Source of the DNA: an uncultured Pseudomonadota bacterium
Lineage (GTDB): Bacteria > Pseudomonadota > Gammaproteobacteria > Ga0077536
Length of the DNA stretch: 50,496 nt
Assembly (NCBI GenBank): GCA_913047675.1
Contig: CAJWTO010000006.1
Span: forward strand, 1 to 50,496
Direction: 5' to 3'
Part shown: positions 18,107 to 27,885 of the stretch, piece after piece
Numbering within the stretch: the first letter of the stretch is position 1
How the letters are laid out: each line of letters begins with the position of its first letter
Program-made: the position numbers and the translations under genes
The notes under the pieces: model-generated
What the model saw: the letters and a program-made list of their open reading frames with translations, nothing else
Told to the model about the DNA's origin: nothing
The model's database searches: none

Positions 18107-19636
18107 TTACGTGGAAACAATTTTTTCGAATGCATGCCCAGTGCGCAATACGACGTCATCTTCTCCTGTTCGACCTGTTAACATCATTCCTATAGGGAGT
18201 CCGTCAGATTTACCCACTGGTACGCTCATTGAAGGATGCCCGGTTACATCAAAAGGGGCAGTATTAGTCAACATATCTAGAGAGCACCCTAATATTTCGG
18301 ACAGCGACGCATCAGGCGGTGGTATTTTGTGCGCTTTCATTGGGGTTGTGGGCATGACCAAAATATCAATTTCAGAAAAGGCATCGTCATAGGCTTTACG
18401 CAAGATACGCGCAATATTCTGCGCTTTCGTAGAATAGTAATTGCCGAAGCGCATTCTCATTACCTGCGCAAAAAGTAGAGTTGTCTTAACTGTGACAGGC
18501 ATTTTGTCCGCACGTTGTTTACGCACATTTTGGTAAAATCGAGTTGCTTCTGTTGATGAGTATCCGCCGTAACAAGGACCCAGTGGGCCATTATGGGTAA
18601 AAGTTGAAAGCGTCCCATCTAGGATACTCGTCATCATTATTGGCCCCCCATGTAAATGCATCGGGATTGAGACATTTTCAACTGAACATCCCATCTGTTC
18701 AAAGCTCAGTGCGGCAGCTCTCACTGCATCATCCACATCTTTTTCACTTCCTGGCGTGTCGAACCCCTCTGCGACGATAGCAATTTTTAGACCTTCTATC
18801 CCTTTAAGAATTTCTTCACTGTAAGATTTAACAACCATGTCACTCTTTTGGCGGGGATCACACCCATTGTCGTATCCCGAGATTACTTCGAGTAATAAAG
18901 CCAAATCAGAAACATTTCTGGCCATAGGCCCCAAATGATCAACTGAATATTCGATGCCGCCTGCGCCAGTATACGGGACGAGACCATAGGTGGGTTTAAT
19001 TCCATAACAACCAGAAAATGAGGCTGGCATTCGAACCGAGCCCCCTTGGTCACTGCCAATTCCCATATCACAATGACCGCCTACAATCAGTGCGGCACAG
19101 CCACTTGACGATCCTCCCGCCATGAAATCTTCGTTATGCGGATTTCTCACCGGTCCAGTGGCTGATGTGTGACTGCCTCCAGAAAAACAAAAGTTTTCAC
19201 AAACTGCTTTACCTAAAATTTCTCCACCTGCCTCAAGTACTCGCTTTACTACGCTGGCATCCTCATTGGGAACGAAGCCTTCGTAAACATCTGATCCATT
19301 CATCATAGGCACATCAGCAACGCTTATATTGTCCTTTATTGCTAATGTTTTGCCCGCCAGTTTTCCTCGCTCTGCTCCTTTTATATTACATTTGTAAAAC
19401 CAAGCGTTATAAGGATTGTCATCATCGTTAGGTCGGTGGACATTAGTTCTAGGGAAGTCAGCAGTTACTATTTGTTCATCAAGCTCATCCACGAATCGAA
19501 CATTATCTGTAAGGCCGCCCATAAACCCTTCATAGGTATCAAGCTCATTTTTATCCATATTGAAATTTAGTTCTTTAGCGGCTTCTCGGATTTCATCTGC
19601 CGTAGGGTTAGATATAGATTTTCTCTCATCAGCCAT
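18107..19636 (-). CDS. Amidase signature family enzyme
   Basis: AIKDN (Lys), GGSSSG, GSDQGGSVRMPAS. Confidence 0.95.
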   Translation of the reverse strand: MADERKSISNPTADEIREAAKELNFNMDKNELDTYEGFMGGLTDNVRFVDELDEQIVTADFPRTNVHRPNDDDNPYNAWFYKCNIKGAERGKLAGKTLAIKDNISVADVPMMNGSDVYEGFVPNEDASVVKRVLEAGGEILGKAVCENFCFSGGSHTSATGPVRNPHNEDFMAGGSSSGCAALIVGGHCDMGIGSDQGGSVRMPASFSGCYGIKPTYGLVPYTGAGGIEYSVDHLGPMARNVSDLALLLEVISGYDNGCDPRQKSDMVVKSYSEEILKGIEGLKIAIVAEGFDTPGSEKDVDDAVRAAALSFEQMGCSVENVSIPMHLHGGPIMMTSILDGTLSTFTHNGPLGPCYGGYSSTEATRFYQNVRKQRADKMPVTVKTTLLFAQVMRMRFGNYYSTKAQNIARILRKAYDDAFSEIDILVMPTTPMKAHKIPPPDASLSEILGCSLDMLTNTAPFDVTGHPSMSVPVGKSDGLPIGMMLTGRTGEDDVVLRTGHAFEKIVST

Positions 19637-19686
19637 AATTATAATCCTCTATCTCGACAAAGAACGGATACATCTTTGCCTATCAT

Positions 19687-20664
19687 TTAATGAAATTGGG
19701 GTTTTTTCCAAAGATCACGTCGGTCTACAGATAGTATGGTAGTTTCTGAAACAGAACCATTCCGCATTATTTTCATCGGCACTTCACATCCTGCCGGACC
19801 TATATTCCATATATTACGGAAAAAATTTGCTAAACTATGTGACTTGATATTATTGATTTCTAATATGACGTCACCAGTCTCTAGTCCACCGAGTGCTGCA
19901 GGGCCATTGTTATATAAGCCTACTATTTCAAAGTCTTGATCAATTTGGGAGGCGAACATTCCGAGCCAAGGTCTGGGTGATGAAAGTGTTTGCCCATAAA
20001 GCTTTAACTCTTGCAGACGGTCATCTAATAGTTCAACCGGCACAATCATATTTCCTTCGCGTTGCATAGCGTCAGATTCAATTTTGTTTACAAACAGTGA
20101 GCCGATACCACAAACCTCGCCAGCGTTATTTAGCAGAGCGGCACCTCCCCAGTTAGGGTGAGAAGGTGCGGAAAATATAGCGTTTTCAATTACATATTCC
20201 CAGTATCCTGCGAACTCAGCACGAGCTATAATTTTTGCAGTAATTGCTGTTGCTTTACCTCCGGCACCAGCAACAACGACATCATCATTTGCTTTTATCA
20301 GGTTTGAGTTTCCAAGAGGGATAGTCGGTGCATCCAGCTCTCCCAAACATTGCACCAATCCAAATCCAGTTTCATAATCATAAGCCAATGCGTGTCCCTC
20401 TATCACTTGGCCAGAATTGGTGGTGATCCAAATTTGCTCTGCTTCAGCCACTAGGTAACCGATGGTAAGAATTAAGCCCGAGTCTATGATGTGTACGCCG
20501 TAGCCTTGTCGCTCGGTTCCAAGGACAGAAGCGGTGAATGCCTGTTCTGAAGTAGAGGCTTTTAGAGTGACAACGCCATTCAGGGTTGATTCGAGATCAA
20601 AAGCTATTTTCTCAAAATTAGGTTGAATTTTTGAATCAATTTTAGGGCTCAGCTTTTCAGTCAT
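19687..20664 (-). CDS. S1C/HtrA-fold trypsin-like domain plus PDZ protein, apparently catalytically dead
   Basis: Trypsin-like layout (LILTIGYL, YDYETGFGLV, HPNWGGAALLN..GE..GIGSL) followed by RPWLG...GPAALGGLETGDVI PDZ. Confidence 0.85.
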   Translation of the reverse strand: MTEKLSPKIDSKIQPNFEKIAFDLESTLNGVVTLKASTSEQAFTASVLGTERQGYGVHIIDSGLILTIGYLVAEAEQIWITTNSGQVIEGHALAYDYETGFGLVQCLGELDAPTIPLGNSNLIKANDDVVVAGAGGKATAITAKIIARAEFAGYWEYVIENAIFSAPSHPNWGGAALLNNAGEVCGIGSLFVNKIESDAMQREGNMIVPVELLDDRLQELKLYGQTLSSPRPWLGMFASQIDQDFEIVGLYNNGPAALGGLETGDVILEINNIKSHSLANFFRNIWNIGPAGCEVPMKIMRNGSVSETTILSVDRRDLWKKPQFH

Positions 20665-20780
20665 ATGCTATGATCTTCTCTGCTTATTAGTGACTTGAAT
20701 ATTTATCTTACATCATTACTATACGCCAGTGGGATCAATTGCTGCGTTTTTTATTAAGAGTGATTTTTAGTATTCCTAGT

Positions 20781-22346
20781 TCAAGGTCTCACCGAAAAAA
20801 ATTCCTCGCCCACCATATTTTTTAGTTTAGTTTGTATATTGTCGACCCATTGGCATAAAAGAGGCCTAGTTTCCTTTGGATCTATAATGTCATGTACTGC
20901 GAACGACTCTGCTGCACGAAACGGAGATTTAGTCGCGGCGAATTTCTTTTCGAGTTCGTCACGCTTTGATTCGGGGTTTTTCGCAGCTTCGATTTCACGA
21001 TGGAAAGCAACTGCAACACCGCCCTCTAGTGGTAAGGGACCATTTTCAGACGAAGGCCAGTCTAAAATATAGTTACTTCCATTATAGTGCGCAGCAGCAG
21101 CCACCCCGTAAGACTTTCTTACTCGAATAGAAGCCCACGGCATTTTTGCTGTCGAAGCTGCTGCTACTGCGGCCATTCCATAGCGGATTGTCGCAGCACT
21201 TTCTGCGTTTGGACCTATCATGAAGCCAGGCTCGTCAACGAAGTTGACCAATGGCAGATGGAACGTCTCGCATGTTTCAATCATACGTCGCATTTTTTGA
21301 GCAGCATCAGCGGTCATTGCGCCAGCGTTATATCGGCAGTCGTTTGCAGTGATGCCAACAGATTGTCCATTAAGCCGTGCGTACCCAGTGATGAGTTCTG
21401 GTCCATAAAGAGGGGATGTCCTAAAAAATGAATTTTTATCTACAATGAGCTCAATGATGTCTAACATATTAAATGTTTGTCGTTTATCTTCAGGCACAAT
21501 GTTAGTTAGGCTACTTTCCGTCCGATCAGCGATATCATTTTGGCACTTCACTCGTGGCGCAGGCTCCCAGACATTCTGCGGGAAATAGGACAAAAATTTC
21601 CGTATTTGCTCTAGAGCTTCTTGCTCATTATTAGCCACATTATCCACGACACCTGATTGCGCATGGATCTGGTATCCACCGAGTTCCTCCTTTGTGAGCG
21701 AGCGTCCTAGTGCGCGTTTTACCAACGCGGGGCCACCTGTCATTATTTGTGAGGTACTTTTAACCATTACTGAGAAGTGAGAGGCTACTAATCGGCCTGC
21801 AGGAAAACCTGCTACTGGGCCTAATGCAGCCGAAGCGACCGGTATTTGACCTAAAGAATCGCTTATGACCTTAAACCTAGGCTCAGAATGCACTGGTTCT
21901 CCGACGGTTTGCGGTTTTTTAGGATCAACGTCTCCGGAGCCAATATTACCGCCGCCACCTTCAAGCAAGCGAACCAACGGTATTTTGTATTCTAAAGCCA
22001 AGTGTTCGGCATAAACACTTTTTCGAAGTCCGGCAGCATTTGGTGAGCCGCCCTTTAGAGTGAAGTCCTCACCACCAACCACTACCGAGCGCTTATTTAT
22101 ACTTCCGAATCCAAGGATATAGTTAGATGGTATGAATTTAATTATATCTCCAGCGTCGTTTAAGTGAGCCCCTCCCGCAATTTTTCCTTGCTCTTGGAAA
22201 GTGTCCTTATCCAAGAGTAGATTTATCCTTTCTCGTATAGTTAATTTTCCTCGCTCATGGTGTTTCGCTATAGATGCTTTCCCGCCTAGCTCTTTTGCGA
22301 GTCTTCGGCGTTGTACAATACCTTTTATTTGTTTTATCCAACTCAT
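20781..22346 (-). CDS. Acyl-CoA carboxylase carboxyltransferase (beta) subunit
   Basis: GKLTIRERI, DFTLKGGS, GGPALV, GYARLNG, VDEPGFMIG, DIIDPKETR. Confidence 0.92.
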   Translation of the reverse strand: MSWIKQIKGIVQRRRLAKELGGKASIAKHHERGKLTIRERINLLLDKDTFQEQGKIAGGAHLNDAGDIIKFIPSNYILGFGSINKRSVVVGGEDFTLKGGSPNAAGLRKSVYAEHLALEYKIPLVRLLEGGGGNIGSGDVDPKKPQTVGEPVHSEPRFKVISDSLGQIPVASAALGPVAGFPAGRLVASHFSVMVKSTSQIMTGGPALVKRALGRSLTKEELGGYQIHAQSGVVDNVANNEQEALEQIRKFLSYFPQNVWEPAPRVKCQNDIADRTESSLTNIVPEDKRQTFNMLDIIELIVDKNSFFRTSPLYGPELITGYARLNGQSVGITANDCRYNAGAMTADAAQKMRRMIETCETFHLPLVNFVDEPGFMIGPNAESAATIRYGMAAVAAASTAKMPWASIRVRKSYGVAAAAHYNGSNYILDWPSSENGPLPLEGGVAVAFHREIEAAKNPESKRDELEKKFAATKSPFRAAESFAVHDIIDPKETRPLLCQWVDNIQTKLKNMVGEEFFSVRP

Positions 22347-22405
22347 TTTTTATTTCTCATCATTACGCGCACTAAATATACTATTTTTTAGTGATACTGA
22401 CTTTA

Positions 22406-23461
22406 CTAGTAGCGGGCTATGATGTTGGTTGCGAAATCTTTAATTTCTTGTTCGGGAGAGTCAGTTATTTGAAAGGCAAAATGTGTTAATCCCTTTTCTT
22501 CTAACGCCTTAATCCTTTCGATGATTGATGCAGGAGTACCAATCATAGCGGCAATATTAGCAATTTCTGAAACAAGGTATTTTAGTTCGTCATCGCGCGT
22601 GAAGATGAGATGACCCTCATGTAGCATCAGGTGCCGCCGCTGAGGATCGAGAGACGCAACATATTTTTTGTATTGTTTTACGTGCTCTGAAATTGTCTTG
22701 TCAGCGGGAAGGAGCTTTTCATCCCACTCGCAAAGGACATGTAGAAGATTGGTTATAAATGGACCGACACTGCGCAGAACTCGATCGCTTTCTATCGTCT
22801 CGCCAGGTTTTAAAATGGCGAGAGGGACGATCGCCTTGGTTGGAATATTGCCAGGATCACGGTTACTTGAGATTGCTGATTCACTAATGATTTTCCTATT
22901 AGCGACAAGCGTATCTGGAGTTATATTCCAAGAGAGATGCGCGTCGCATTCAGCCCCACAGAAAGCTAGGGTTTTTTCGCCGAATGCCGAAAGAGTCAGT
23001 GGGATCTTTTGTTTAAGATTAATGAAGCCGTGGTCAGGGTGAAGCAGTTTAATTAATTTTTTATTTCCGCCAAAATCATGGAGGCATTCCTCGCCTTTTA
23101 GCAGGGTCTGAATCGTTCGTATTTCACGCTTCATTTTTTTGAGTGGTAGCGGTTTTAGTCCCATAGTCAGTCGTGCAGTGTTTCCATTGCCCACACCCAA
23201 TTCCACTCGCCCAGGAGCTATTTGCGCAACAGTAGCTATAGAGTGAGCTATCACAGGAGCCATTCTTGTACTCGGCACCGCTACTCCAGTCGCCAGTTTA
23301 ATTTTTTTTGTTGTATGGGCGGCTAGTGCCATCGTGGCGTATACGTCAGAGTAGATCATTTGAGAATCAAAAAACCACGCCTGTTGAAATCCAACTTCTT
23401 CTGCAAGCATAACCAAATTGTAGTCGGTTATTTTTGACGGGAATGTAACACCAAAATCCAT
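22406..23461 (-). CDS. LLM-family flavin-dependent oxidoreductase
   Basis: AEEVGFQQAWFFDSQ, TKKIKLATGV, APGRVELGVG. Confidence 0.9.
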   Translation of the reverse strand: MDFGVTFPSKITDYNLVMLAEEVGFQQAWFFDSQMIYSDVYATMALAAHTTKKIKLATGVAVPSTRMAPVIAHSIATVAQIAPGRVELGVGNGNTARLTMGLKPLPLKKMKREIRTIQTLLKGEECLHDFGGNKKLIKLLHPDHGFINLKQKIPLTLSAFGEKTLAFCGAECDAHLSWNITPDTLVANRKIISESAISSNRDPGNIPTKAIVPLAILKPGETIESDRVLRSVGPFITNLLHVLCEWDEKLLPADKTISEHVKQYKKYVASLDPQRRHLMLHEGHLIFTRDDELKYLVSEIANIAAMIGTPASIIERIKALEEKGLTHFAFQITDSPEQEIKDFATNIIARY

Positions 23462-23553
23462 CGGGTTGCCTTTATCTGTTTACTTGTAAGAAAAATTAAG
23501 ACGCAAAATTAGTCAAAGAAACACCAGTGATACCGCCCGATATAATGAAATAT

Positions 23554-24360
23554 TTAAGCGGCTAGAAACTCAGAGACTTTGGCATACAATTTTTCTGTTT
23601 GCTCTATAGGAGGTTCGTGGCTGCACTCGCTTAGTGTGAAAACTTCAGATTTAGCGATTCCTTGCTTGAAGTCATTCGCGTACGTCGGAGGGATAAGCTT
23701 GTCATTTTCACCCCACACGATAAGTGAATCCGCAGTTACCCTGTGTATACGTTTTTTTAGTCCTTTATCAGGGATAGGCCAAACAAGTTTAGCTGTGCAA
23801 CCAATTGTCCAAATAAAATCGCGATCCCAAAGCGCGGCTTCTTCTGAGTCAGCTTCAGGGCGCATCATTCTTTTCAACGCTCTAGGCTTGTTTTTATCGT
23901 AAAAAAGAACATCAAGAATCGCGTCATAACTTAATGCACACCAGTCGGCTACGGTATAAGGATCACTTTCCTTCCACAGGCCAATTGGAGCAATTAGTAT
24001 CAGTTTATCTATTTTTTCTCGTCTTTGCGCGGCAATTTCACACGCCAACAACCCGCCGAATGAATGTCCTATAACAGTTGCCTCATCAAGACCTAGTCCG
24101 TCCATCAAATCGTCATAAGCGAGTACAGCATCCCAAAGGTTGTCTAATTGCTCCAACTCGTCAGGCTTACCGGGGACGGTTCCTGGAAAAAATGGCGCAT
24201 ATACAGTGTAGTGGTCGGCTAAACTATCTAAAAAATCGTCCCAATAAAATCCACCTGCAGAGTGAAAGAATACAATCGGCTTGCCGCTTCCCGCTACATT
24301 TACTGTTATTTCGAGCTTATCTCCTAGCACAGGCACGATTTGTTGTTTCAATGTATGCAT
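23554..24360 (-). CDS. Alpha/beta hydrolase
   Basis: GHSFG nucleophile elbow, WGENDKLI, C-terminal His (CSHEPP). Confidence 0.9.
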   Translation of the reverse strand: MHTLKQQIVPVLGDKLEITVNVAGSGKPIVFFHSAGGFYWDDFLDSLADHYTVYAPFFPGTVPGKPDELEQLDNLWDAVLAYDDLMDGLGLDEATVIGHSFGGLLACEIAAQRREKIDKLILIAPIGLWKESDPYTVADWCALSYDAILDVLFYDKNKPRALKRMMRPEADSEEAALWDRDFIWTIGCTAKLVWPIPDKGLKKRIHRVTADSLIVWGENDKLIPPTYANDFKQGIAKSEVFTLSECSHEPPIEQTEKLYAKVSEFLAA

Positions 24361-24379
24361 TTTCTATCCTTTTTTACTC

Positions 24380-25615
24380 TCAAGCGGCTTTTTTCTTTTT
24401 CTCAGAGGCGCTGCTACCAGCCGGCCACCACTTGTCTTCCCAGCCTTCGTCGTCCCAGATCCCTCGCAAGTGTGGCAACACGCCTTTAGAGATACGCTCA
24501 ATATTTTCCATTGCTTTGTTATGGGGCATCGAGCCAAATTGAGGGAGAAGCAAAAGGTGGCCTACACGCAATTCCTTTACAATCTCGGTGAGTCTCTGAG
24601 TGACTGTCTCAGCACTTCCTGTCACTAAATAGTCTCGATCATTAAATTCCTTATAATGGAGATTATTTAATTCATCGTATGCTGGGAATGGCTTTTTAGT
24701 TAAAACATGTGTGAGGCTACTGTGAGTCATGTGGCCAGGAGGTAGTAATAACTCTTGTGGCATATGCAATAATTTATGGTAAAAATATTCAATATGTTCT
24801 CCATAGTCGGCTTCTGCTTGTTCATCAGTTTCAGACACTCCAACGGGGATCAGGTAAGTCATTCGATAAGGGTTTTTATCTCGCCCTGCCTCTTCTACTT
24901 TATCCCAATACCCTTGGACCATATGCTTCGCTCCTTGGGCTCCGAAGTATGTTAGGTAACAGTAGGAATAATCGTGTTCAATCACAAAATCCCATGTACT
25001 AGGACTAGCGTTACCGGGGACCCAGATCGGAGGGTTTTCTTTTTGTGAGGGTTTGGGCCAGATATTGACCATGGGCAATTGGTAGTATTTTCCGTTCCAA
25101 GCAAATGGTTTCTTTGAATTCCACGCTTTGACAATAAGATCATGAGCTTCTCTATATCGTCCCCTCTGTTCTACCGGAGCCATACCATAACTGTATGCGT
25201 AATCTCCCCCTAAGCCGACAGGGAAGCCGGCTACTAATCGACCTTCAGAGATGCTATCTAGCATAGCGTATTCCTCGGCGACCCTGATTGGAGGATTTAA
25301 AAATACAGCAGTTTCACCCATTTGGATGATAGCGGTATTAGTTCCACGCGTAGCTCGCGCTAACACAGAGCCCATCATGTTAGGGTTAACCATGAAGCCA
25401 TATGCATTTTGATGGTGTTCATTGGTACACACACCATCAAAACCTGATTCAGCGGCGAATATTAGCTCGTCTAAAGTCCAGTTAAAATATTTAGAGACCA
25501 TCTCCCTATCGGCAACATCTTCAAATGGTAGTGTGAACCAGGCAGAATTATATTTTTTGTCAAAATCGGAATCGAGATCTCGATACGGCATTAGGTGAAA
25601 ACACGCGATTTTCAT
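24380..25615 (-). CDS. LLM-family (bacterial luciferase-like) monooxygenase
   Basis: GFDGVCTNEHH, RVAEEYAMLDSISEGRLVAGF, PKPSQKENPPIWVPG. Confidence 0.92.
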   Translation of the reverse strand: MKIACFHLMPYRDLDSDFDKKYNSAWFTLPFEDVADREMVSKYFNWTLDELIFAAESGFDGVCTNEHHQNAYGFMVNPNMMGSVLARATRGTNTAIIQMGETAVFLNPPIRVAEEYAMLDSISEGRLVAGFPVGLGGDYAYSYGMAPVEQRGRYREAHDLIVKAWNSKKPFAWNGKYYQLPMVNIWPKPSQKENPPIWVPGNASPSTWDFVIEHDYSYCYLTYFGAQGAKHMVQGYWDKVEEAGRDKNPYRMTYLIPVGVSETDEQAEADYGEHIEYFYHKLLHMPQELLLPPGHMTHSSLTHVLTKKPFPAYDELNNLHYKEFNDRDYLVTGSAETVTQRLTEIVKELRVGHLLLLPQFGSMPHNKAMENIERISKGVLPHLRGIWDDEGWEDKWWPAGSSASEKKKKAA

Positions 25616-25654
25616 GTTGATGTCCCCTTAAATCAACTTACGTAACAAAATATC

Positions 25655-25673
25655 CTACATTACAATAATGTAG
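25655..25673. promoter_or_regulatory. Perfect inverted repeat, candidate operator or small hairpin
   Basis: CTACATTA-CAA-TAATGTAG in the 70-nt gap between the PQQ dehydrogenase stop and the LLM start. Confidence 0.4.
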
Positions 25674-25685
25674 ACGTGAAGTATT

Positions 25686-27776
25686 TTACAGGCCTCCCTC
25701 ATTGCAAGCCTTACATGGTGCTGGAGTGTTGGCTTGTCTCCTTACATAATGTTGCAATGCAATTAAGTCGTTTTCTTGGTATTTAGCAAAGTTAGGCATA
25801 CCATTTGAGCGCAGACTTCCTTTTACTACCACCGAGTGCATAGCATCAGCAGAGAGCATTATTGGCGAAGCTCTAAGATCTGGCGCATTGCCCGCTGCTC
25901 CCGCACCTGGTCCATGGCACATCATGCATTCTTCGGTATAGAGTTTAGATCCCTGGCTTGCTAAAGCTTCATCTACTAAGAAATCTTCAGCAATAATAGG
26001 CTTAGCATATATGGGGCCTTTTGACGGCGGAAGCTCTTCTTTTTCATTTAAGGCAAAGGTCACTAAGCGCCTCATATGAGCTCCATAAGCCCATCCGTGC
26101 TGAGCACCCATAAATCCTGGAGTAGCTGCGCCGACTCCACCCCACCCTGTTAGAAGGCTAATATACTGGACACCATCGACATTGTAGGTGATTGGTGGGG
26201 CAGAAATACCTACTCCTAGGTCGCTTCTCCAAAGAGCTTCACCTGTGTCGGCTGCGTATGCATGGAAAGTGCCATCGGCTCTACCTTGAAAAACTAGGTT
26301 GCCAGCTGTAGTAAGTGTCCCTGGATTCCATACCCCGGGAAGTGGAACTTCCCAAATTAGCTTTTGACGAAGGGGATCCCATGCTCGTAGCGCCCCAGTG
26401 CCTATGCCATCAGGAACATAGTCAGGTCCGAATTCAATGGCCGCGTCAAACTTAAAGTAGGGGGATTCCCAGTGCATGATATCGACATTTTTATCTGAAA
26501 ACATACCAGGCATTTCGATAATAGGTATGTAAGCTAGGCCAGTGTTAGGATTGTAAGACATCGCATGCCAGTTATGACCACCAAAAGCACTAGGCCAAAC
26601 AACCTCTTCTCCGTCCTCGTAACGCGCCCCTGCGCGTTCGATTGGTCTACCGGTTTTCATATCTACCTCTGTCGCCCAATCGACTTTAACATAAGGTTCG
26701 GCGGACAATAATTTCCCGTTCGCCCTATTAATAATGTAAAAAAAACCGTTTTTAGGCGCGTGGATAATCGCTTTTGCTGTTCGATCTTTGACTTTAAGGT
26801 CGACCAGTATCATATCCATATTCGAATTGTAGTCCCAGGCCTCTCCGGGAGTGGTTTGATAATGCCACTTATACTTTCCAGTATCGGCATCAAGTGCGAC
26901 TATTGAGCAGAGGAACAGATTATCTCCCCCTTCGGGACTGCGGATTTTAGGGTTCCAGGGTGAGCCATTACCTGTTCCCAGGTATACCTGATCAAACTCA
27001 GGGTCGTAAGTAATCCCGTGCCAAACAGTTCCTCCACCTCCGTGTTTCCACCACTCGCCAGTCCAGGTCTTAGCAGCCATCTTCATTGCGTTATTTTCGA
27101 AGCCATCTTCGGGATTGCCGGGGACGGTATAAAATTTCCAAGCTTCTTTTCCGGTTTCCGTGTCATATGCAGTGACAAAACCTCTGGCTGGTCCCCATTC
27201 AGTTCCACCATTGCCTATTATGACTTTGTCTTTGAAAACCTTAGGGGCACCTGTAATTATAAGTGGTTTTTGGGGATCGAAGGTTTGCACAGTCCATACT
27301 GGCTTCCCCGTTTTAGCGTCTAATGCTATTAACCTGCCATCAATAGTGGCGTTGAACACTTTTCCTTTCCAGAAAGCGATTCCCCTGTTCCAGTCCCACA
27401 TCATTCGCAGCCTATCGCCGGAATGTTCGGTGACCTTGGGATCAAATTCCCATAGTAGTTTTCCTGTTTTAGCTTCTACTGCTCTGACCACATTGTAGCT
27501 GCCATTGAAGTAAAGGATGCCATCTATTGCAAGAGGTGTTCCCGTAAGCGACCGATCCTTAGGAAGATCTAAATACCATTTTATTCCTAGTTCCGAGACT
27601 GTCTTATCGTTTATCTGAGTTTGTGGACTGAATCGTTGCTCAGAGTATGTTCGACCATAACCAGCCCAGTTATTTGCCTCGCCTTCGTTGGCTAGAAATT
27701 TATCATCGACTGTTGAACCGGCAATCAGATTCGCATGGACAGCCAACAAGAAGATGATCAACTTAATATCGCGCAT
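25686..27776 (-). CDS. Periplasmic PQQ-dependent quinohemoprotein dehydrogenase (type II ADH-like) with C-terminal cytochrome c
   Basis: Signal-peptide-like N-terminus, Trp-docking repeats (ALDAKTGKPVW etc.), GGTEWG, GTGNGSPW, WDYN, KNGFFY, heme motif CMMCH and distal Met (GMP). Confidence 0.93.
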   Translation of the reverse strand: MRDIKLIIFLLAVHANLIAGSTVDDKFLANEGEANNWAGYGRTYSEQRFSPQTQINDKTVSELGIKWYLDLPKDRSLTGTPLAIDGILYFNGSYNVVRAVEAKTGKLLWEFDPKVTEHSGDRLRMMWDWNRGIAFWKGKVFNATIDGRLIALDAKTGKPVWTVQTFDPQKPLIITGAPKVFKDKVIIGNGGTEWGPARGFVTAYDTETGKEAWKFYTVPGNPEDGFENNAMKMAAKTWTGEWWKHGGGGTVWHGITYDPEFDQVYLGTGNGSPWNPKIRSPEGGDNLFLCSIVALDADTGKYKWHYQTTPGEAWDYNSNMDMILVDLKVKDRTAKAIIHAPKNGFFYIINRANGKLLSAEPYVKVDWATEVDMKTGRPIERAGARYEDGEEVVWPSAFGGHNWHAMSYNPNTGLAYIPIIEMPGMFSDKNVDIMHWESPYFKFDAAIEFGPDYVPDGIGTGALRAWDPLRQKLIWEVPLPGVWNPGTLTTAGNLVFQGRADGTFHAYAADTGEALWRSDLGVGISAPPITYNVDGVQYISLLTGWGGVGAATPGFMGAQHGWAYGAHMRRLVTFALNEKEELPPSKGPIYAKPIIAEDFLVDEALASQGSKLYTEECMMCHGPGAGAAGNAPDLRASPIMLSADAMHSVVVKGSLRSNGMPNFAKYQENDLIALQHYVRRQANTPAPCKACNEGGL

Positions 27777-27885
27777 TCCTTCCCCTTTTTTGATTGTAGT
27801 TACAATTACGACAGTATCTGATGGCGAGGAAACACTATCCTAAAACCATTAGTATTTGTCCAGTTGTCAAATTTTTTTTACTCTT

